64,000 bases of DNA from Candidatus Dojkabacteria bacterium (GTDB lineage: Bacteria > Patescibacteriota > Dojkabacteria > SC72 > JAHDCA01), in contig CP129478.1 in the NCBI GenBank assembly GCA_030583845.1, positions 66,655 to 130,654 of the forward strand, read 5' to 3'. The position numbers were made by a program, and so were the translations under genes. The notes below the pieces were generated by a model that had not been told where the DNA came from, did not search any database, and saw only the letters and a list, made by a program, of their open reading frames with translations. Each line of letters starts with the position of its first letter. Position 1 is the first letter of the stretch. Positions 56,612 through 64,000 of this stretch are shown in pieces.

Positions 56612-59485
56612 CTACATCTTCATCACCATTCTTGCTTCGGTCTCCGCGACCACTCGCTTTGCTTCCATGTAAGCCTCTGGCTTTACCATCACTCCGTAGA
56701 CACCCCATTCCACAGCCTTCTTGATCAGGGCTGGATCATCCTCGGCGATTATATAGACACGCTGCTTAGAGCCGCGGGTCTGTGCCAGTATGCTCTCCAA
56801 TATTTTGGCGACGCTGCCAACACTTAGGTCATAGCGGACATTTTTCTCATGGACTGAGAAGCCTTGCATCTGTCGAGCCAGCCATGGGGTATTGATAATT
56901 ACACCATCAACGCCAGCTGCCAATATGTCGTCGACAAGTATCACTTCAGATGGGCGGTCGATCACTGCATATATCATAAGTGTGGTTGTGCGTCGCAATC
57001 CGGCTGCCGACATCTCTTTCTTGATATCTTTCAATAGGCTGCCATTAACTGGCGAGTGAAGGGCGATAGAGACGTTGCGGCTCTTGTACACGTTGCGAAC
57101 TCGCTTCAGTGTAAGCATTACTTTCTCAAAGAGTCGAGTATTCTGCATATAGCGGGCGACACCATTCATCTCGTCGGGGAGATCTTTCCCTTCCATCGAT
57201 GTACCCTTAACTAGCTCGCGGAACATGCCTACTGTGCCTGAGCCTAGTGATACAATAACCTCATTGCCTTTGGCTACATCAGAGAACTCATCGATCATTA
57301 CTTCAATATCTTTTGAATATTCACGGTATTTCTTCTCCTCGGCATAGGCGAGTGGGTGACGACCTTTTTCTACCATCACCATATCAAGATCGAGTAGGCC
57401 GTAGCCATCGGTCACATCTTTCAGGTCGTTATATTTCTCAACCCTTGCGCCATACTCTGGTGTTAACATTACCTTGGTAGCGGTTGCCATCTTGACAACC
57501 TGATCAGGTTTCGACGGTGTTGATTGAGCGTTATCTACAGCTCCCGTTTGTGCAATAGCATTCTGCAGCTGGTCTTCTGGCTTCTCGCGAAGGACTCGGT
57601 AGACGCTTCCAACAGTACCATCAATCTTTACCACTTCACCCTCAGTTATCAATGTCGTGGCAAGGCCTGTGCCGACTACTGCTGGGACTTCAAGCTCGCG
57701 ACAAAGTATGGCCACGTCGCTTGTCAATCCACCCTCATCCATCAATACACCGCCAGCTTCAGAGATATATTTCTCCATGTCTGGTGAGAACTTCTTGAGC
57801 AGCAGGATTGTCCCTTTTGTCACAATCAGCTTATCTGGCACCTTGTCGCCGATTACTTTGACCTCACCAGTAACTGCACCGGCACTCGCTCCGATTCCTG
57901 TTAGTAGGAACTCCATATTGTCTTTCACAGACTTCACACCTAGGTCAAGAAGCTTACCAACCTGTTTCTTTTCTACTTTCTCTTTGGCCTTCTCATTCTT
58001 CTGGGCTGCTCGCTCGCTCATCTGGCGGAATTTCTCGCTCAGCTTCTCCAATGTCTTCACATCTTTCTCTCGCTCCTTATACTCCTCGACAGCCTCTTTC
58101 TTTGGCATCTGCTCGACCTCTTCCTTCAGCTCGGCTGTCTCGCGATCTAGTCGAGTCTCTTCGACGGTGTACAGATCATCAACCTTTGCACCGACTGCCT
58201 TCTTCTTGGCTTCTTCTACATCTTTTTTGGCGAGCTTCCTATCTTCTGCGGCTTCTTCAGCCATCTTCGAGGCAACTACTGTACCAATTATGGCTTTCTC
58301 TTTAAGCTTCTCCTCTTTGACTATGTCGACTGCTACATCGAATACTGTGTCTGGAGCCTTTTCTTCTGTTTTAGGCGCTTGAGTGCTGTCACTGGTCTCG
58401 AGCGGATCTTTGATAACTGGCTCTGCAGGAACCTCAGTGGCAGACGCAGCCTGCATCTGAGCTTTAGCCTCTTTCTCTTCACTCTTTGGAGCTGGCTCGA
58501 TGATTGGCTTCGATTGGAGTACCCAAACAGTGCCGCTTTCCCAGAGCCACTCAATAATCTGTGGTGATCCTACGCGATCTTCAGCGATTAAAGCTACTTT
58601 GGCTACAAACTCTACATTCTTATCTTCAAGCTTCTGCTGGTGACTCCAAGCCTGCGAGATCTGGATCCTGTGGTGATCAACCTTCTGGCCAGGCTTACGA
58701 TCCTGTGAGAGATTGCGAATCTTCATCCAGTCCTGAGGGGAGATATGCTTCTCGAGAATTTCAAGGTTCTTCTTGTTCAGCAGGTACTGGTCTGGGGTAA
58801 TTGTACCGTCAGCGATTACATCTCCAAGTCCGAATACTGCTTCGATGCTGACTTTCTTACTATCGTTTGTGATTGGGTCAACAGTGTATGCCACTCCAGA
58901 TACCTCCGGCTGGATCATTTTCTGTACTACGACCGCCATCTGTACCTCGGTAAGGTCGACAGAGTGGTTGGCTGCATATGCGACGACACTATCTCGGAAA
59001 AGTGATAGGTAGACATGCTTGACCGATTCGACCAGCGCGTTGATATTGCGGACATTTAATTCAGTCGCAAATACACCCGAGAATGATACGCCAGGATCTT
59101 TCGGATATACGACGGAGGAGCGAACTGCTACCCAGGCATTTGAGAATCCAGAGAGTCGTGAATATGCACGCAGCAATTCTTCGTAGAAATCTCTGTCAAA
59201 CTCAGCCTCGAGTATAAGTTTCTCGAGCTTGCTTATATCGGGCTCCTTCGCATTCTTGATTACATTTTCTAGCTTATGGTCAAATGCTTTGAGCAAGAAT
59301 TTCTTGTAAACTTCTGGAGAGATAACGAAGAACCCTGGGGTAGGGATGTCCATGCTTCTGAGCTGAAAGAGGCTTCGACCTTTGCGGCCAACTAATGCTT
59401 CATTTACATCTTTAAAGGCGTAATCCTCATGGAAGAAGATCGACTGATCTTGCGTGTCTTCAGACTTTTTAGCGAAACCGAACAT
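56612..59485 (-). CDS. PEP-utilizing-enzyme-family protein (PEP synthase / pyruvate phosphate dikinase-like) with a K/E-rich coiled-coil insert and His-to-Asp substitution at the phospho-histidine
   Basis: N-terminal PEP/pyruvate-binding ATP-grasp domain. About 180 aa of EEKEAKAQ.../KEKVEKK low-complexity coiled-coil. Mobile domain GGLTSDVAILCRELEVPAVVG, compared with the consensus GGxTSHAAIxAR. C-terminal PEP-utilizers TIM-barrel region. Confidence 0.7.
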   Translation of the reverse strand: MFGFAKKSEDTQDQSIFFHEDYAFKDVNEALVGRKGRSLFQLRSMDIPTPGFFVISPEVYKKFLLKAFDHKLENVIKNAKEPDISKLEKLILEAEFDRDFYEELLRAYSRLSGFSNAWVAVRSSVVYPKDPGVSFSGVFATELNVRNINALVESVKHVYLSLFRDSVVAYAANHSVDLTEVQMAVVVQKMIQPEVSGVAYTVDPITNDSKKVSIEAVFGLGDVIADGTITPDQYLLNKKNLEILEKHISPQDWMKIRNLSQDRKPGQKVDHHRIQISQAWSHQQKLEDKNVEFVAKVALIAEDRVGSPQIIEWLWESGTVWVLQSKPIIEPAPKSEEKEAKAQMQAASATEVPAEPVIKDPLETSDSTQAPKTEEKAPDTVFDVAVDIVKEEKLKEKAIIGTVVASKMAEEAAEDRKLAKKDVEEAKKKAVGAKVDDLYTVEETRLDRETAELKEEVEQMPKKEAVEEYKEREKDVKTLEKLSEKFRQMSERAAQKNEKAKEKVEKKQVGKLLDLGVKSVKDNMEFLLTGIGASAGAVTGEVKVIGDKVPDKLIVTKGTILLLKKFSPDMEKYISEAGGVLMDEGGLTSDVAILCRELEVPAVVGTGLATTLITEGEVVKIDGTVGSVYRVLREKPEDQLQNAIAQTGAVDNAQSTPSKPDQVVKMATATKVMLTPEYGARVEKYNDLKDVTDGYGLLDLDMVMVEKGRHPLAYAEEKKYREYSKDIEVMIDEFSDVAKGNEVIVSLGSGTVGMFRELVKGTSMEGKDLPDEMNGVARYMQNTRLFEKVMLTLKRVRNVYKSRNVSIALHSPVNGSLLKDIKKEMSAAGLRRTTTLMIYAVIDRPSEVILVDDILAAGVDGVIINTPWLARQMQGFSVHEKNVRYDLSVGSVAKILESILAQTRGSKQRVYIIAEDDPALIKKAVEWGVYGVMVKPEAYMEAKRVVAETEARMVMKM

Positions 59486-59774
59486 GTCTAGGCAGTAATA
59501 TAAGTTAGAATCATACTGAAATTATTGTAGCACCCATATCGAGATAAATCTACAATCCGCGATATACAGGCCTATATAGCACTCAACCAACTGCTTTGCA
59601 AGCAGTCGGGTGGCGTAAAACGCCGGCACCATGTATAATCCAGCACTTCATGAAATTCGATTCAACAATGAACAATAAAGTTGAATCTGCCCTTAAGACA
59701 ATTTACAAAGTAGCGTTAGGCGGTGGAGTAATCCTCGCTCTCTCATTCCTGCTGAAAGTTCAGGCGTTTGCCTG

Positions 59775-61013
59775 TTAAATCTTCCCTTCGGCCTTCAATT
59801 TCTGATAGTTCACGTAGAAGTCGTATCCGATCTTTATAAGCACCATTGCCGGGACAGCCATGATTGCTCCGGTTATACCACCGATACTCAATCCTACTAG
59901 CAATCCTACAAATACAACAATCGGCTTAACACCAATCACATTCCCCATGATTTTTGGCACAAGAATTGCATTCTCAATCTGGTAGAACACAATATATGCA
60001 CCAGCAACCATCAAGGCATTGGCGACACCGTTGCTAACCAAAGCTACAACAACCGCAGGTATAAATGAGATCACTGCTCCACCACTAGGAATCAGCTCTG
60101 CCATAGCTGCAAGCAGCGCGAGCGGAAGCGCAAATGGTACACCAAAAACAGTAAGTATTAGCCATACTGACACACCAACAATGAGCGAGAGTGCTCCTTG
60201 TCCTAGTAGCCAGCGACCAAGCTTATCCTCAACATCACGCAGCATTCCTTTCGCCAGCGTGCGTTTATTTTCGTCCATAATCCTCAGGAATACGATATCC
60301 AAGAATGTATCGTGCTCGGAGATAATGTAGATAGATAAAATAACAGAGAGGAAGAGTGAGCCTAGCACAGCACCAAAGTCAGAGATCGTCCTGAATGTCT
60401 CGGCAGCTCGATCGCCACCTGAGTTAAGGATCAATTCACCTCTAATTAGACGGCCACCATACTCGTTTAGCGCCGCGGCCACCTGCTCTGGATCTACGTC
60501 GGCCACAGCAGCAATGATGTGCGAGACATCATTGATAAGCTGCTCCTTCATTGAAGGGAAAGAGTGTGAGATCGCAGATATTTCTTGCGCGAGCGGAGCG
60601 AGCACCATAATAAGCAGAGCAATAACTATTACCGCAAGCCCGAGATATGTGATCGCAATCGCCCAGAATTTGCCAATGCCTCTGCGCATTAATTTCCTTA
60701 CAGGTGGGAGCAGCACAGCTGAGAACACGAAGCCTAAGAAGAAGACCGACAATAGGCTCAGAAGCCGCATCCCGAGATAGAGCGCACCTAAGGTGATAAG
60801 CACCATTGCGATGCTTTTCCATGTGATCTCGATCTTATGGACAACGGTTGTCGGATCGACCTCGTGCCCTTTAGTTACATAATTAATGAAATTGTTCACG
60901 CCTTCTGCGCTATTTTTCGACTTCTGTGATTTGCGGCTTCGACTCGAGGCTTTCGCGCCATCTCTCTTATAATCGATCTTCCCGTTGTTGTTTACCATGC
61001 TAAGATTTTTCAT
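59775..61013 (-). CDS. AI-2E family transporter (PerM/UPF0118)
   Basis: 412 aa with about 8 TM helices and a topology and length typical of AI-2E. Confidence 0.7.
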   Translation of the reverse strand: MKNLSMVNNNGKIDYKRDGAKASSRSRKSQKSKNSAEGVNNFINYVTKGHEVDPTTVVHKIEITWKSIAMVLITLGALYLGMRLLSLLSVFFLGFVFSAVLLPPVRKLMRRGIGKFWAIAITYLGLAVIVIALLIMVLAPLAQEISAISHSFPSMKEQLINDVSHIIAAVADVDPEQVAAALNEYGGRLIRGELILNSGGDRAAETFRTISDFGAVLGSLFLSVILSIYIISEHDTFLDIVFLRIMDENKRTLAKGMLRDVEDKLGRWLLGQGALSLIVGVSVWLILTVFGVPFALPLALLAAMAELIPSGGAVISFIPAVVVALVSNGVANALMVAGAYIVFYQIENAILVPKIMGNVIGVKPIVVFVGLLVGLSIGGITGAIMAVPAMVLIKIGYDFYVNYQKLKAEGKI

Positions 61014-61677
61014 TTCCTGACCCGTTTTTCTCTAATTTGGAATCTTCTCCATTATTATACAGCATCTCCAGGCTATCAAGCAGAACCGGAATTATAATCA
61101 TCGCAAACCCAATCCCGAAAAGTGCGCCTGTAACAATTCGCTTAGGGATATTGTCGTAATAAGCCTCCGGTAGCTGTCCGACTAGGAAAAACTCTGTCGC
61201 ATACTGAAATACCCCATCGACCGCCATAGGCATCATAAAGAGCAGTATCATCCACCACGGAAATTTCTTCACCCTCTTCTTCTTGCGCGCTATTGCCAAG
61301 TAGATCCACCCAAAGATCAGGAATGCTAAATAGAGTGGCACATCTCTCATGCAGAGGGGCATCTTATACCCCATCTCCGAATTTCCCACATATGGATAGC
61401 CGAAGAATCGCTCATCAAACGGCTCCGGAATCTCCGGGTTTTCAAGCGGAATCACGCCGGCTTCTTGCAGCTCATCACGTGTGTAGAAATTTATTATCCC
61501 TTCCTCACCAAATAGAAATGCCGACCTCTCCACCCTCTGGTGGCAGAAAATTCTATATATCGAGTGTATCCCCATGCCAGCATCTGTGAAGCCAAGCCTC
61601 AGCAAAGTTGGCGCAGCAAATGCCAACAGTACATATATGGATACAAATATTAGAAGGATCTCGGGTAATCTTCTCAT
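61000..61677 (-). CDS. DUF2085-like membrane protein
   Basis: CHQRVERSAFLFG motif with several TM helices. Overlaps the AI-2E gene by 14 nt. Confidence 0.4.
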   Translation of the reverse strand: MRRLPEILLIFVSIYVLLAFAAPTLLRLGFTDAGMGIHSIYRIFCHQRVERSAFLFGEEGIINFYTRDELQEAGVIPLENPEIPEPFDERFFGYPYVGNSEMGYKMPLCMRDVPLYLAFLIFGWIYLAIARKKKRVKKFPWWMILLFMMPMAVDGVFQYATEFFLVGQLPEAYYDNIPKRIVTGALFGIGFAMIIIPVLLDSLEMLYNNGEDSKLEKNGSGNEKS

Positions 61678-63341
61678 AAGTGTGGCGTCTCAGAAATTAT
61701 ATTTTGGTCAATTAGAACAACCTTTAGCTGATAGTAGCTCTCAGGGATCAGGTCACTTATCAGGCTCGATTCTGCAGCAGTAGTGGTCCACATTTTATAG
61801 ATCTCCGCGATATCGCTGTTTCGCACCCGTGACTGGGTCAGCATGAGAAAATCCGGCTCAGACTTAATATCAAGCATTGACCCTAGAGCCAAGACACGAT
61901 CGCCATCTTTCGAGCTACCAATCGCAATTAGCGGTAAGATCTCTAGCCACTCAAGTAGCAGTCTCGAGCATTCCCGCCCAAGCAGTGTGGCAATTATGCT
62001 TAGCCTGTACTTCGCTGTAGCCTGATTATCTTTCATCCACTCGCGAAGCTCTTTTGCCAACTCTAGCTCCTCTTTGGAGGCGACAAGTATGAGCGGCTTC
62101 ACCTCAAGAGTGATCAAGCTACATAGTAACTCAATCTGCTTATCCAGCATCTCTAGCAAGTCTGTAGCCACTGGCAGCCTCTCCCTATCGATCTCCCAGT
62201 TGGGTGAAAGCTCTTGGTCTGGCTGCTGCTCGAGCTTACTGTTTACATAATCATCAAATATCCCTCCTAGCATCACCAGCTTGGCGTTGCCCTTGCTTAG
62301 CGAGGCAATGCCGTGCTCGTAATACTCGCTTTTATCCCTCAATTCTGCCTGCATCGAGACATCGGTAGAGACCAGCCTTGAGACATGACGTATCGATGTT
62401 GGATCATCCTTGTCGGCAAGTTCGTTGTAGGGCAGCGGCTCCTGCCTCTTGCGGCTGCTTTTATCAAGCACATCTTGTAGATCTGCCAGGTATAGCTCTC
62501 GACCAAGCTCGGAGACAATATCGGGTAGCTGTGCAAGAGTTCGCTTCGTAGCGACTTCGGTCTTTCCAGCCGTGTCAAATCTCACCGTAGCCTTATCCAT
62601 CCCGTGAGCTTTGTAAAATTGCACGAGCTTGAGCAGCTTGTCATTTAGCGACATGCGTACCTTTGATAGTTGATTCATCATGAAGAGCCACTCTTTTTCT
62701 GAGATCTCGTAATGCTGGGCTAATTGCATAGGAGAAGACTTTGGAAGTCGCGCCATATATGCCAAAACCTCATCTAGCAATGACTCAATATACTTGCTTT
62801 GGTCGTTATCTTGCTCAGGTAGCTTTAGATCTGGCATCAATACGTTGAGGAATTCTAGCAGCCTGGATAAGCCATCCTCAGATAGTGAGAGCATAGCTTC
62901 GTCGTTTATAACTCCGAGGTCGCGCAATGTTCTCGCCAGTGTGCCTCGATCAGCTGGGTAGCTATTGGCATACATTATTAATGCCAAGCGAAGGGTAGGG
63001 GAGTCCTGCTTGGAAAAATAGCGATTTCTTCTAAAGAGTGCGCCAAGCTTATATTTGTTATCTAGAAGTAGGATCGCTCTAAATATTGGCTCGAAATCCG
63101 CTATCCGATCTGAGTTGTGCGGCTTTGTAACTATTTCTTGCATAGGCTGAGCAACAGGGGGAGCAACTGATTGTGGCGCCGACACTTCGCGCTCGGGTTG
63201 AGCTACAGGTATATTTTCAGACATGCCGCCGGTAGTAGGATGGTCACTTGCGTCGCTCATCTCTGCCTCTTTCAGCTTTTTCGGGTCGATCCGGTCTATA
63301 AGATCTTGATATTTACTACTCATACCGTAAGTATATCGCAT
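61674..63341 (-). CDS. hypothetical 555-aa protein
   Basis: Long soluble ORF with a 4-nt overlap on the downstream gene and no motif recognised. Confidence 0.35.
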   Translation of the reverse strand: MRYTYGMSSKYQDLIDRIDPKKLKEAEMSDASDHPTTGGMSENIPVAQPEREVSAPQSVAPPVAQPMQEIVTKPHNSDRIADFEPIFRAILLLDNKYKLGALFRRNRYFSKQDSPTLRLALIMYANSYPADRGTLARTLRDLGVINDEAMLSLSEDGLSRLLEFLNVLMPDLKLPEQDNDQSKYIESLLDEVLAYMARLPKSSPMQLAQHYEISEKEWLFMMNQLSKVRMSLNDKLLKLVQFYKAHGMDKATVRFDTAGKTEVATKRTLAQLPDIVSELGRELYLADLQDVLDKSSRKRQEPLPYNELADKDDPTSIRHVSRLVSTDVSMQAELRDKSEYYEHGIASLSKGNAKLVMLGGIFDDYVNSKLEQQPDQELSPNWEIDRERLPVATDLLEMLDKQIELLCSLITLEVKPLILVASKEELELAKELREWMKDNQATAKYRLSIIATLLGRECSRLLLEWLEILPLIAIGSSKDGDRVLALGSMLDIKSEPDFLMLTQSRVRNSDIAEIYKMWTTTAAESSLISDLIPESYYQLKVVLIDQNIISETPHL

Positions 63342-63370
63342 TGGAGCGACAAAGGTATATGCGAAGCTGG

Positions 63371-63991
63371 TTACAAGCCACTTGCCTGAGCTCCCGGGGT
63401 AACAATATCACTCACAAGTTGGTAGAAGTACTCACAAGCCTCCTCAAAACCAGTCCTATATATTGCATCAAGCGGGAACTGCGCATTGTGCAGATAGAAG
63501 TGTGCCGTTGATTCTGATTGTCGCAACATCTCAACGGAATCAACAAACCGCTGCTTCAAATTGTCACGCACAGCTCCTGAGCTATCGATCCTATGGAATG
63601 AATCAGACCATGAGTCGGGCATAACAAAAACCACAGCGATATTAAATAGCCCTTTCAGCTTGCGACGCAGTTCAAGCACAGCGTCCGGCTCATTCACGAT
63701 TAGGGGGGTGCGGCCTGCTGCTAACGCCTCATCTAGACTGCTTTTGGGCAACCCATAAAGGTTGCCATGGGTTGTACTGCTTTCAATTAGCTCGTACTCG
63801 TTTATCAGATTCTCATGATACTGCTCAATGCTTTCATCACCTTTGCGTAGTCGCATAAACTTAAATGCAAATCCATCTTCACCGTGCCGCCTCAGCCTGG
63901 TGGTAGCAGTCTTAACCCTAGTGACCAGCCCACGCTCTTCTAATTGAGCGGCCAGGCTTGATTTACCTGAGCCTACGATTCCATTGACCAT
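63371..63991 (-). CDS. gmk: guanylate kinase-like P-loop kinase
   Basis: P-loop GIVGSGKSSL and TATTRLRRHGEDGFAFKFM, which matches the Gmk STTRPPRPGEVDGVDYHF region. Confidence 0.65.
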   Translation of the reverse strand: MVNGIVGSGKSSLAAQLEERGLVTRVKTATTRLRRHGEDGFAFKFMRLRKGDESIEQYHENLINEYELIESSTTHGNLYGLPKSSLDEALAAGRTPLIVNEPDAVLELRRKLKGLFNIAVVFVMPDSWSDSFHRIDSSGAVRDNLKQRFVDSVEMLRQSESTAHFYLHNAQFPLDAIYRTGFEEACEYFYQLVSDIVTPGAQASGL

Positions 63992-64000
63992 TATGAGCCA

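Noticed and set aside
57657-58382. 241-aa plus-strand ORF rich in Ser/Thr/Ala
   Set aside because: It lies antisense to the K/E-rich coiled-coil insert of the PEP-utilizing enzyme gene. Low-complexity antisense frames of such regions are commonly open, and the ORF has no start context or independent support.
59596-59778. 60-aa ORF (possible 42-aa hydrophobic peptide from the internal Met) upstream of the PEP-enzyme gene
   Set aside because: It is short, has no RBS evidence, and sits in a spacer containing small hairpins. It could be a membrane peptide but is unsupported.
1-64000. CRISPR arrays, rRNA genes, integrase/transposase genes
   Set aside because: No regularly spaced direct repeats were seen. 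There are no rRNA-like conserved stretches and no recombinase motifs. The R-M island has no detectable integrase or attachment site in this window.

Overview
This 64 kb window comes from a compact bacterial genome with moderate GC content that uses the standard genetic code: TGA acts as a stop (it ends mutS, for example). Gene ends overlap frequently. The window is dominated by housekeeping genes on both strands. It contains murA, a dcw-cluster fragment (mraZ-rsmH-ftsL-ftsI) with GTGG direct repeats upstream of mraZ that look like a MraZ operator, and tRNA/rRNA modification enzymes (trmB, truB, trmH-like, rsmD). It also contains four aminoacyl-tRNA synthetase loci (tyrS, thrS, pheST, hisS), infC-rpmI-rplT, relA, recG, rarA, lexA, mutS, gmk, two penicillin-binding proteins, tandem PspC-domain proteins and an AI-2E transporter. 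The small-genome style suggests a Patescibacteria/CPR-like organism; that is an inference and was not verified. Three regions look accessory. First, a visibly AT-richer island at about 44.1-47.9 kb carries an EcoRII-family restriction-modification (R-M) system: an autoregulatory HTH-C5-methyltransferase fusion, an EcoRII-like endonuclease, a decayed vsr remnant and an adjacent unknown 406-aa protein. Second, a cluster of uncharacterised small proteins at about 49.3-52.9 kb appear to be paralogues; they flank a YgjP/DUF45 metallopeptidase and the last of them is translationally coupled to mutS. Third, a family of interspersed inverted-repeat elements built on CCGCTAACTTATAG sits at gene boundaries and promoters. 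Other notable points are a PEP-utilizing-enzyme homologue whose phospho-histidine is replaced by Asp, a terminator/antiterminator-like leader upstream of relA, and a nested palindromic candidate LexA operator. No rRNA genes, tRNA genes or CRISPR arrays were found.
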